Source: a virus. From it: 64,000 bases of DNA. The position numbers and the translations under genes were made by a program. Of this stretch, positions 55,838-64,000 are shown one piece after another. The DNA lies in the IMG/VR virus record IMGVR_UViG_3300045988_176682, one strand, 5' to 3'. Each line of letters opens with the position of its first letter. Position 1 is the first letter of the stretch. A model generated the notes under the pieces. It was not told where the DNA came from, ran no database searches, and saw only the letters and a list, made by a program, of their open reading frames with translations.

Positions 55838-56297
55838 CGAAGCTAATCAAGTCGCCGGCATCGGTTGCGTTGCCATCGAAGGAGAAAAAAGAAGAATTTT
55901 CTCCACATATCATAAGCTCTCCTCAAATAATGAAGGAGAGCTTTTTGCTATCTGGTATGCTCTCCTTATTTATCCCAATAAACCGGTTAAAGTCTATACT
56001 GACAGCCAGACAGCCATCTCTTATATAAATGGTAATGTTCGAGAAGATAAGCCATTAACATTAAAGCAGAGAGAGAACAGAGCCAGACTCCGAATCCTTG
56101 CCTACAAGATAAACCAGTTAAGGAAAAATAATCCCTCTTTTCAAATCGAGCACATTAAAGCTCATACGAATCGATACCAAGTACATTATATTCAAAACCA
56201 AATGGCTGATTTACTGGCAAAGGAAGGGATAGCAAAGTTTTTTGCTTCTCAAAAAGTTGCTCTCACCATACATAAAAATTGCATAAAAACTAAATAA
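55807..56297 (+). CDS. rnhA: ribonuclease H (type 1)
   Basis: MITIYTDSS (D), GELFAIWYAL (E), VYTDSQTAI (D), HIKAHTN...NQMADLLAKEG (H, D). ATG at 55807. Confidence 0.7.
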
Positions 56298-56469
56298 AAA
56301 CTTTTACAGGTCTGTCAAACTTACCACTGAAAGGTGGTAAGAGATGTTTCGTTTACTCAGTAGATTGTCAAATATTTCCAGTCTCCAAGAGGGGTACGGT
56401 CCGGATGATTTAATCCAGGACGTTGCCACCTTTCGTCGTTTTTAATTACTTGAATAAAGGAAATACGAA

Positions 56470-57097
56470 CATGACAGATATTTTACCGGTAAGCACAGGA
56501 ATGGGTTTCGGTAACGGTGACGGTTTCGGAGCAGACGCTCTGGGAGCCCTCGGTGGTGCCTTAATCGGTTCTTGGTTTGGAGATGCTTGGGGTGGCGGCT
56601 GGGGCCGCGGTGGACATGGTTCAAGTGCCGCTGTTGACGCTACAGGTTTCTCAACTCAAATCTTGAATGATGGTATTAATGCAATCCAGAACTCCATCAA
56701 TGGTATGAACATGAACTTGTCGAGCGGACTATGTAACGTAGGTTATCAGAACCTCGACCAGTCCAGTCGGACTAACCTGGCAATGATGCAGGGATTCGCC
56801 TCTCTGGGTCATGACAACTGCCAGAACACTAACAACATTGTTAGTGCTGTAAACTCTCTGGGTACTCAGTTGCAGAACTGCTGCTGCACCACTCAGAGAC
56901 TCATCGAACAGCAAGGCTGCCAGACTCGCGAGTTGATGCAGTCTATTGCCAACCAGGCTATCAGAGACCAGCTCTGTGACGCTAAGGCTAAAAATGCTGC
57001 TTTGGAAAGCCAGATTTTCGCTACTGGTCTTACCAATAACGCGGTTTCTACGATTATTACCCATATTCCTAGAACCACGACTACTGCAACTGCGTAG
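56470..57097 (+). CDS. Gly/Trp- and Cys-rich protein (possible virion or secreted component)
   Basis: 209 aa from the ATG at 56470, with AAAGGA upstream. GFGNGDGFGADALGALGGALIGSWFGDAWGGGWGRGG, then Cys-rich NCCCTTQRL. Confidence 0.4.
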
Positions 57098-57126
57098 TAC
57101 AAGTTAGTTAGTTGTCGCTAACTTTT

Positions 57127-57180
57127 TCTCTCCGGCAAGGGAGAGAGCTTCCCCTCCTCCCTTGTCCGTTTTTTGAATTT
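57127..57180 (+). terminator. terminator-like structure
   Basis: CTCTCC ggcaag GGAGAG hairpin. Long-range CCGGCAAGGGA / TCCCTTGTCCG pairing, followed by TTTTTT at 57174..57179. Confidence 0.4.
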
Positions 57181-57199
57181 AACATAAGAGGTTGTAATT

Positions 57200-57673
57200 A
57201 TGTCAAACGATAGCAAAACAAGGATGATGAATCCCAAAGAAACCATTGTAGTGCATGGTGAAAAGTGGGACCTGCACAAATCAGCAACAGACAGTACGAT
57301 TCCGTTCGCTTATGACCGAGTAAAAGCGGAACATTTTTCGTGTGAAGAAATCGACAAAGGTATTTATATTGTGTTGGTCGGAGGATATATTCCCCCGAGA
57401 CCAAACAGCTTGGAAAAGGCTGTAAGAATTATGTTGGTAGGCTTCTCTAATATGCAATTAACACCGCAAATGGTAAGTCCTATCCAGTTACAAAATATGC
57501 ACGTTTATAAGGCTGATACTTTTAATATGGCCAAAGAATTTGCCAAAGAGTTTTTTTCAGGCCCTACCGGAGAAAGCAATCCGGCAGTAGAGATTACACC
57601 GTTCCCAAAAGAAACTGCACAGCCCAAAGTAAGCCAACCGGTAGTCGAACCAAGCAAGAAGGAGGAAAATTAA
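57200..57673 (+). CDS. hypothetical protein
   Basis: 157 aa ORF. Confidence 0.45.
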   Translation: MSNDSKTRMMNPKETIVVHGEKWDLHKSATDSTIPFAYDRVKAEHFSCEEIDKGIYIVLVGGYIPPRPNSLEKAVRIMLVGFSNMQLTPQMVSPIQLQNMHVYKADTFNMAKEFAKEFFSGPTGESNPAVEITPFPKETAQPKVSQPVVEPSKKEEN

Positions 57674-57674
57674 T

Positions 57675-57914
57675 ATGATTTTACAGTCTAATGAAGATAC
57701 CGAACTCATGAATGAATTTGATAAGTATCTTGACAAGATACGGGCAAAAGTAAAAGAGGCGCTTCAAGAAAGAAAACCTTTCGAGCATTATATTAATAAT
57801 GCCTCCAATTATGGCCGCACAGCTTTTACCCGTAAGAGTATTTCTGCCTTGGAGCAGATGATTATCAACGCAGCGGTGGTTGCGTTTGCAGCCAGAAAAT
57901 CCAACTCTTTATAA
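57675..57914 (+). CDS. hypothetical protein
   Basis: 79 aa ORF. Confidence 0.4.
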   Translation: MILQSNEDTELMNEFDKYLDKIRAKVKEALQERKPFEHYINNASNYGRTAFTRKSISALEQMIINAAVVAFAARKSNSL

Positions 57915-57925
57915 GGAGAAAATGA

Positions 57926-58390
57926 ATGAAGGAAAGAACTTATGAATCCATTGTCATGAAATACAAGGACAAGGCAACGGAAGATGATATGATAAGGCTC
58001 ACAAAATTAACCAGTGAGTTTGTGGAAGACCCCTATGATAAAGATGAATTTCTGGATAAGGTAGAAGACGACCTCTGCTATTTTTTATCAGAAAAAGAGG
58101 CTAAACATTATGTAAGCCTTATGGAAAATGATGACCCCAATCTGCCGAGAGGCCAGAAATGGACCAAAGAGCAAACGCTTCAAGCGTTCGAGCAGATGGG
58201 TTATCCGAAGAGCTCCGACCGCTACTCGGAGAACGGCGTGTACTTTGCTTGTAATATGGTCTACTCGGACTTTTACAAAATGTACAAGGACGAAGAGGAT
58301 GAAAAATATTTCGAGCACGCTTATCTCTTTTTGTGTGATAAAGACTATAAAGGTCGATATGCCAAAGAGAAATGGTACGCCCGTAAATAA
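57926..58390 (+). CDS. hypothetical protein
   Basis: 154 aa ORF. Confidence 0.45.
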   Translation: MKERTYESIVMKYKDKATEDDMIRLTKLTSEFVEDPYDKDEFLDKVEDDLCYFLSEKEAKHYVSLMENDDPNLPRGQKWTKEQTLQAFEQMGYPKSSDRYSENGVYFACNMVYSDFYKMYKDEEDEKYFEHAYLFLCDKDYKGRYAKEKWYARK

Positions 58391-58402
58391 TTACAACCAG
58401 GT

Positions 58403-58431
58403 AAAGCCCGAATTTTTCGGGCTTTACTTTT
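58403..58431 (+). terminator. intrinsic terminator
   Basis: AAAGCCCGAA ttt TTCGGGCTTT followed by a T-rich tract. Confidence 0.5.
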
Positions 58432-58662
58432 ATCCTTTTTTCTTTTATGCTAAAAAATGTAGGAGGATGATAGCATGATGCCCTTTTGTAAGATTCTTCA
58501 GCAAATTCTTTTGGTACTTCTTGTTGTTTACCTGCTCGTTCTTTTTATTACTGTTCTTTGAACTTTTAGTGATAGCTGTCTATTTTTGGAGCTGACGGAT
58601 GCCAAAACAAAAATATAAAGACGTGGTAGAAGACTGTCAGAAACTAAGAAAGAAAGAAAGAA

Positions 58663-58866
58663 TTGGAAGAGCTATGTTATGCAGAGTTGAACGAAGAAGA
58701 ATTTAGAATTTTTATGTTAAGGGTGTACAATCAATTTTACCGTGATAGGGTAAGCAGTGAAGTTGGTAAGTGTAAAGAAAGTATTTCAAAAATCTTTATG
58801 CGGGCTGTCAGAAAAATGCGAAAATGTTTTTTAGAGAGAAAGAAGGACAACGATGATGGATTATAA
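58663..58866 (+). CDS. small sigma70-region-4-like HTH protein (start uncertain: TTG at 58663 or ATG at 58714)
   Basis: EFRIFMLRVYNQFYRDRVSSEVGKCKESISKIFMRAVRKMRKCF. Confidence 0.35.
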   Translation: MEELCYAELNEEEFRIFMLRVYNQFYRDRVSSEVGKCKESISKIFMRAVRKMRKCFLERKKDNDDGL

Positions 58867-59188
58867 TAACGATACGACGAGCGTAAGAAACAGTCATAAT
58901 ATTGACAAACGCCGGATTAACACCAATTCTAATTCCAATAACCATAATATGAATTTCCAAGGTTCAAGAGGGAATCATAACATTAATGTTATGAAAGCTG
59001 ATACCTACAATATGGTGCTTTCTATGCTAGCCCTCATCCTCGTTATCTTTTCTATCGGTTCAGCCATTTGGGCGGTAGATAAAAGCAAAGCGGAAATTGA
59101 AAAATATCGAAGTGAATACCGTGAGGATATAAGAGACCTTCAAACAAAATATGACGTTCTTGAGAATTACATCATAAAAAGAGGGTAG
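58853..59188 (+). CDS. membrane protein (Asn-rich N-terminus, one TM helix, coiled-coil C-terminus)
   Basis: 111 aa. MVLSMLALILVIFSIGSAIWAV. Confidence 0.4.
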   Translation: MMDYNNDTTSVRNSHNIDKRRINTNSNSNNHNMNFQGSRGNHNINVMKADTYNMVLSMLALILVIFSIGSAIWAVDKSKAEIEKYRSEYREDIRDLQTKYDVLENYIIKRG

Positions 59189-59189
59189 C

Positions 59190-59705
59190 ATGAGCTTTTC
59201 AACGAAAGTAAACTCCAAAAGAATCCAAGACTTTCAACTTTTCACAAATCCATTAAATACTTATGTTCTGTCAAACAGACAATTAACCGAGCAAGAGGGA
59301 TTTTTAGTTCCGAATGGTAGTGAAGTTAAAAAGGCTGATTGGTTGGAATTATATAACTCAGGAACTTTCGCTGATGGCTCCACAGAGGAATATTTTGTTC
59401 TTCCTAATATTCCTCAGCCAACCGACGGGTCTCATCTCTATTTAATCGGTAAAATCCTTAATTCCAATACCGTAAATTTTGATGATGGTCATGGGGCAGT
59501 TATGAATTTTACGGATGCCGAACTCGACTCCAATAAAGTTTTAACTTTCCAACATGGTATCGCTCACATTAACCCGATAATCCAGATAACTGATAATAAT
59601 GGTAATGTTTGTCTTCCTATTCAGGTCGTAAATACTGTTGGTTCGACTAAAGTAAAAATAGGAAGACCGATTACCGGAACTTGGAAGATTGTCGCTTATG
59701 GCTAA
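59190..59705 (+). CDS. hypothetical protein
   Basis: 171 aa ORF. Confidence 0.45.
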   Translation: MSFSTKVNSKRIQDFQLFTNPLNTYVLSNRQLTEQEGFLVPNGSEVKKADWLELYNSGTFADGSTEEYFVLPNIPQPTDGSHLYLIGKILNSNTVNFDDGHGAVMNFTDAELDSNKVLTFQHGIAHINPIIQITDNNGNVCLPIQVVNTVGSTKVKIGRPITGTWKIVAYG

Positions 59706-60114
59706 ACAAGAATGGGAAATAGCCCAAGACGAGTTTGAAGCCGCTTTCAATAAGGGTAAATTTTCTTATTGTCATCGGTTTCCAGACAGTCTGGATGCCA
59801 CCAGAGGTAATTATAATAATCCTCGGTCTCGATTTGTAAAACTTCCTCCTCAACCGTCAGACTTTATTGTTGTCTGGAACGGCATAACATTTTTTGCAGA
59901 GGTTAAGTCAACTAAATCCACAACCGGAATTTCTTCCTCATTATTTAAGAATCAAGCAGCCCAGAAACTGAAAATCCTTAATGCCGGAGGGATATATTAT
60001 TTCTTTGTAAAAAGAATATCCACCGGGCAATGGTACCGGTTGCCAGGCAATTATCCCAACCTAAATGCAAAATGGTCAGAATTAGATAAATTTCTGTTTG
60101 ACATTCAAAAATAA
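59689..60114 (+). CDS. putative PD-(D/E)xK nuclease (resolvase-like)
   Basis: SDFIVVWNGITFFAEVKSTKS gives a D...E-V-K arrangement. Adjacent to the SbcCD-like genes. Confidence 0.35.
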   Translation: MSLMAKQEWEIAQDEFEAAFNKGKFSYCHRFPDSLDATRGNYNNPRSRFVKLPPQPSDFIVVWNGITFFAEVKSTKSTTGISSSLFKNQAAQKLKILNAGGIYYFFVKRISTGQWYRLPGNYPNLNAKWSELDKFLFDIQK

Positions 60115-60351
60115 ATCATTAATATGTCCTTGTATGTCGCATTGAGTCTTATAAGAATCCTTTAGCGGATTCTTATAAATTAACTCAGAAAGGAGACCAA
60201 TAAATGTTAGTGTTACAGATTGTTATTGCTCTAATAATAGCTCGAGTAATTGATACTCGTATAGTCCGTCCACTTTTAGCTAATGACCCTATTTTTTATT
60301 TGGTCGTTTAATTTTAAATAGACGTAAACATAAAAACCATAAGGATTAAAT

Positions 60352-60603
60352 ATGCACTTAAGAAATGTAGAGTATATCGCTAAAGCGGTAAAATGTGATG
60401 TCTCTCCTAAAGCAGAGAAGATTATCAATCGTATAAATGCCTGTGACGGCTTTTGTCCTTGTGTAAACCCCTCTCAGTATGAAGAAGGAAAAGATTACCG
60501 GTGCCCGTGTTCTGACATGGAAAAGCACTTAAAAGAAAAGGGCCATTGTTGCTGTAATCTTTTCATTAAAAAGAAACCAATCTGGAAGTTCTGGGAGAAA
60601 TAA
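60352..60603 (+). CDS. Cys-rich protein resembling the ferredoxin-thioredoxin reductase catalytic subunit
   Basis: CDGFCPCVNP ... RCPCSDME ... HCCCNLF, i.e. the CPC/CPC/CHC-type spacing of FTR-B. Confidence 0.45.
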   Translation: MHLRNVEYIAKAVKCDVSPKAEKIINRINACDGFCPCVNPSQYEEGKDYRCPCSDMEKHLKEKGHCCCNLFIKKKPIWKFWEK

Positions 60604-60604
60604 T

Positions 60605-61552
60605 ATGTTAGACAGCGGTTTTTCATTCATCGGAGATACCCATATAGGAAGAAGATTCAGAACCGGAGTCCCATTGAATAGACTGGGAGAGAGGGAAGAA
60701 TTAATTTATAATCTATTTACGGAGAAATTATATGACAACAATCATAATATTCACACCATTGTACATCTTGGCGATTTATTTGACCGTCCAACTGTAGGAT
60801 ATGACGACCTATTTAGGACTTTTAATATAATAAAAGGTGCCGCTGAACAGTATCCTTTTAGAAATTATTACTTCATTCAGGGCAATCATGACATGAGCCG
60901 TAACCGAGAAATGGTTACTGCGTTTGGTATCCTTAAAACTTTGCTAAGAGATACCGAGAATGTAATATTTATTGACGATGAAGTATTGATAGATGGGAAC
61001 CTTGCCTTTGTTCCTTATACTAAGAATGAAGAGTTTATTAAACATTATAACTTTCTTCCTGATTATAAAAATATGACCCTCTTCGGACATTTTGACGAGC
61101 CTTTTCCCTATTATATTTTTAAGGATTTCCTAAATGTTGTTACCGGCCATATCCATATTCCCAGAGAAGAAAATAATATAATTGTTACCGGCAGTATTAT
61201 TCCGATGACTTTTGGGGAAGACCCCGCTGGTAAATTGTATAGAACCTTAACCTTAAGTGAATTTGAGGCTGTTCAAAATAATCCCTATGATAAAGAAGGA
61301 GAATGGAGAGACTATTGCTATCGGGTTATACTTAGGGATGGAGAAACTCTTCCAGAGAATACGGGATGTCGGCAATTAATTTCAGTCAAGAAAGATGATT
61401 TGGAAAACTTACCGGAAAACTTGTTAGACTCTTTAGAGGATTTTTCTAACTTTGATATTGATTCCCTATTAAAAAAAGCTTTAGAAGAGACAGGTTTATT
61501 CGATGAAATCTATAAAAGATACCTTGAATTGAGGGCGGAATTAAATGTTTAA
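60605..61552 (+). CDS. SbcD/Mre11-like nuclease (calcineurin-like phosphoesterase)
   Basis: GDTHIGRRF, HLGDLFD, GNHDMS, GHIHIP. Confidence 0.75.
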   Translation: MLDSGFSFIGDTHIGRRFRTGVPLNRLGEREELIYNLFTEKLYDNNHNIHTIVHLGDLFDRPTVGYDDLFRTFNIIKGAAEQYPFRNYYFIQGNHDMSRNREMVTAFGILKTLLRDTENVIFIDDEVLIDGNLAFVPYTKNEEFIKHYNFLPDYKNMTLFGHFDEPFPYYIFKDFLNVVTGHIHIPREENNIIVTGSIIPMTFGEDPAGKLYRTLTLSEFEAVQNNPYDKEGEWRDYCYRVILRDGETLPENTGCRQLISVKKDDLENLPENLLDSLEDFSNFDIDSLLKKALEETGLFDEIYKRYLELRAELNV

Positions 61553-63500
61553 AAGAATCACGATTGATAACGGAATCAAACATAACGGAGTTACGTTTGA
61601 TTTCAATACCGGTATTACTGCCATTACCGGCCCCAATGGTTGCGGAAAGTCCTTACTGGCAGAATATATGGGTTTTGCTTTATTTGGCGTAAAAGCTCTC
61701 CGACTTCCTGCGGAAAAATATAAAGGTCTTTCTGTAAAAGCCGAAGTAACTATTAAAGATAAAAATTATATCATCAGCCGGAAGATTACCAACTGTGAAA
61801 TAAAGAGAGATGATACTGTTATCTGTACCGGAACAAAGCCATGCAATCTGAAAATAATTGAACTGCTTGGTTATAATTACTCTGTCTATAAGATGGGAAA
61901 CTATGCAGCACAATTCCAGATAACGGAGTTTGGAGAACTTCCTCCGTCGGAGAGAAAGAAAGCTGTCGACCAAGTTCTTGGCCTAAGCATTATTGATACC
62001 CTCATTAAATATTCTAATGACGAGGGAAACCGTTACCTTGCAGAAGTAACCGGTATGACGAACGTTTTACAGAAACCGGAAGAACCAACCAAGCCCGAGT
62101 TCTTTGACGATGCCGATATTATTGCCAATCAGTTAAATGCTATCAAAGTAATTATCGACCGGAAACGCCTCCTCAAACAACTTTACAGCTCTCTTGGAAA
62201 TATGCCGGCCCCCGTAAAACCAATAAGACCAGAAGGGGTAGCAGAAAATTTAACTGCGGGACATATTAAAGATATACTTTCCCGTAAAAAACTTCTTGAG
62301 TATCAAGCTGATGAATTTCTCCGTCAGGTAAGACCTCAGTATAGTTTGGAACAACTGGAAGAGATGGAGGCTAAATGGCCTGCTTATGAGGCATATGTAA
62401 GTTATCTCGATAAGCTCGAGATGATACCGAAAGTAAAGCCGGAAATTTCTCTTAGTGAGGCTTTATCTGGTAGAGCAATGTGGGATGCTTATAATAGTTG
62501 GAAAAAGGCTCAGGAAGAGCTTATTTCGTGCCCTAAGTGTGGTACTAAATTTACTAAAGCCGGTTCGTCAGTTAATGAGGAAGATATTCCTCAATGTCCA
62601 AAAAAGACCGAGAAATATTACATTGACCAAGTAGACCTTAACCACATTTGGGAAAATACAACGATTCCGACTCCGGTAGAACCTGCCGAAAGGCCAGAAC
62701 TTTTCATGTATGAAATCCAAAATCAAAAATCTCTTATTTTCAAATGGGGAGAGAGGGAAAATAAACTTCCGGCTATTCAGAAAGAACTTGAAGAATATAA
62801 AGATATTACAGACCTTATGTTCGCTCAGGTACAAGCTTATGAATTGGCAGTTGTCGATTATGAAAACAAGAAAAAGGCTTGGGAAGATTATCTGGATAAA
62901 GCTCATAAATATAAAACAGAGTTAGACCAATTAGAGGGTCTCGGAGACGTTGAAAAGGTATATGAAGAATTAGATAAAAAGGCAGAGGCCATTAAACTGT
63001 TTAATATTCAAATGAAAGAATATTCTTCACAGCTCGAGACTTATCTTACATTAAAAAATCAAATCGAAGAAATTAAAGCCAAAGGTGATAATTACAAACT
63101 CGCCTCTACCAAATTAAAGGAGGTAAAAACCGAAATTAAGCAGGTTATACTCCCGAGTTTGGCTAAATTGGCTTCAAAACTGCTATCGGAAATGTCAGAG
63201 GGACTTTATAGCTCTGTCGAGATTGATGAAGATTTCAACATCACCATCAATGGCCTGGAGATAGCAGGATACTCAGGGTCAGAGAAAGCTATGGCCAACT
63301 TGGCGATTCGTATCGCTCTTGGTCAGGTATTGACCCACAAATCTTTCAATGTCTTTATTGGGGATGAAATAGATGATTCAATGCGCTCAGAAAGAGCTCA
63401 GGCAACCGCAGATTGCCTGAAAAAACTTTCTAAGCATATTAACCAGATTATTCTTATCTCTCACAGAGATATTGAAGCAGACAATTATATTAATTTATAG
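61545..63500 (+). CDS. SbcC/Rad50-like ATPase
   Basis: Walker A GPNGCGKS. Long coiled coil with central CPKCGT...CP zinc hook-like CxxC. Signature SGSEKAMANLAIRIAL. Walker B/D-loop FIGDEIDD. Confidence 0.75.
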   Translation: MFKRITIDNGIKHNGVTFDFNTGITAITGPNGCGKSLLAEYMGFALFGVKALRLPAEKYKGLSVKAEVTIKDKNYIISRKITNCEIKRDDTVICTGTKPCNLKIIELLGYNYSVYKMGNYAAQFQITEFGELPPSERKKAVDQVLGLSIIDTLIKYSNDEGNRYLAEVTGMTNVLQKPEEPTKPEFFDDADIIANQLNAIKVIIDRKRLLKQLYSSLGNMPAPVKPIRPEGVAENLTAGHIKDILSRKKLLEYQADEFLRQVRPQYSLEQLEEMEAKWPAYEAYVSYLDKLEMIPKVKPEISLSEALSGRAMWDAYNSWKKAQEELISCPKCGTKFTKAGSSVNEEDIPQCPKKTEKYYIDQVDLNHIWENTTIPTPVEPAERPELFMYEIQNQKSLIFKWGERENKLPAIQKELEEYKDITDLMFAQVQAYELAVVDYENKKKAWEDYLDKAHKYKTELDQLEGLGDVEKVYEELDKKAEAIKLFNIQMKEYSSQLETYLTLKNQIEEIKAKGDNYKLASTKLKEVKTEIKQVILPSLAKLASKLLSEMSEGLYSSVEIDEDFNITINGLEIAGYSGSEKAMANLAIRIALGQVLTHKSFNVFIGDEIDDSMRSERAQATADCLKKLSKHINQIILISHRDIEADNYINL

Positions 63501-63510
63501 GAGAACATTA

Positions 63511-64000
63511 ATGTCCAACGAACAAAAAATTGATTTAACCAAATTGTCGATTGAAGAACTCGAAAAAATTAAGTTCTTATTCCCGGAAGCTGTAGAGAAT
63601 GAACTTAAATCAAGACAGGCTTATGAGACCGACAGCGATTTATTCTTTGATGCTTATGGTGTTAAATTGGTCCTGGACCCGTTAATTAACGGTATGAAGT
63701 CTTGCCCGACCAAAAAAGGTCTATTGGAATCCGGTGTCCTTGGTCTTCTCGAAAAGATTTTGAATACCGGCGATAAAAGAGGTAACAATTACAAAGAAAG
63801 ATATGAGTGCTATAGCCATAATATGCAAAAAGAAATCCCGACTCCGGAAACGGTACAGACAGCTTATGCCGAAGAAACAGCTCCGGTAGAAACTGTATTA
63901 AATGCACCCGTAGAAACAGCTCCGGTAGAAACTGCACCTGTCGAAGCTCCGGCTGCTCCGGCTGCTCCGGCTGCTCCGGCTGCTCCGGCTGCTCCGGCTG
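63511..64000 (+). CDS. hypothetical protein with TAPVE and (Ala-Pro-Ala)n C-terminal repeats (3' end beyond window)
   Basis: ATG at 63511 after TAGGAGAA. Open to the window edge. Confidence 0.5.
   Translation, partial: MSNEQKIDLTKLSIEELEKIKFLFPEAVENELKSRQAYETDSDLFFDAYGVKLVLDPLINGMKSCPTKKGLLESGVLGLLEKILNTGDKRGNNYKERYECYSHNMQKEIPTPETVQTAYAEETAPVETVLNAPVETAPVETAPVEAPAAPAAPAAPAAPAAPA
63946..64000. repeat. GCTCCGGCT 9-bp tandem repeat (at least 6 copies, truncated by window end)
   Basis: Read directly; encodes PAAPAAPAAPAAPA. Confidence 0.9.

Noticed and set aside
63946-64000. Possible CRISPR or other non-coding repeat
   Set aside because: 9-bp unit, in frame within an ORF, encoding Pro-Ala-Ala.
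1-64000. Prophage boundaries, integrase, lysis cassette, small terminase
   Set aside because: None recognisable in this window. Their absence may simply mean they lie in the unsampled remainder of the genome.

Overview
The whole 64 kb window is one tailed-phage or prophage segment, AT-rich, with Shine-Dalgarno sites and sigma70-like promoters. No integrase, lysis cassette, small terminase, tRNA or CRISPR was seen.

Coordinates 1..20064 hold a minus-strand morphogenesis operon in lambda gene order: GpA-family large terminase, portal, protease/scaffold, decoration protein, major capsid, connector proteins, major tail protein, G/GT chaperones with a -1 frameshift site, tape measure, then M-, L-, K-, I- and J-like tail-tip genes. 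The J-like gene runs off the left edge. The K equivalent is split into an NlpC/P60 gene followed by an MPN/JAMM gene, the reverse of lambda K.

A 320-bp divergent control region (20065..20388) carries promoter-like boxes and three intrinsic-terminator hairpins. The remainder is plus-strand.

The plus strand starts with a replication module: prim-pol/D5/P4-type primase-helicase, two DnaA-domain-IV-like proteins next to 3 x 88-bp perfect iterons and an AT-rich tract (candidate origin), DnaQ-like exonuclease, MazG-like protein, SNF2-like helicase, FEN, family-A DNA polymerase, RNase H and SbcCD-like nuclease.

It also carries a Dam-like N6-adenine methyltransferase interrupted at its NPPF motif by a 359-aa intein with a LAGLIDADG homing endonuclease, and a truncated gamma-class methyltransferase fragment next to a NUMOD-like HTH protein.

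A region of many small genes at 36.1-41.7 kb contains duplicated families. A separate plus-strand tail-fiber module (48.9-54.4 kb) includes two paralogous glycine-rich proteins. A 14-bp perfect palindrome ATGAATCGATTCAT recurs at three loci. A ferredoxin-thioredoxin-reductase-like Cys-rich protein sits upstream of SbcD. The window ends inside a gene with an (Ala-Pro-Ala)n repeat tail.
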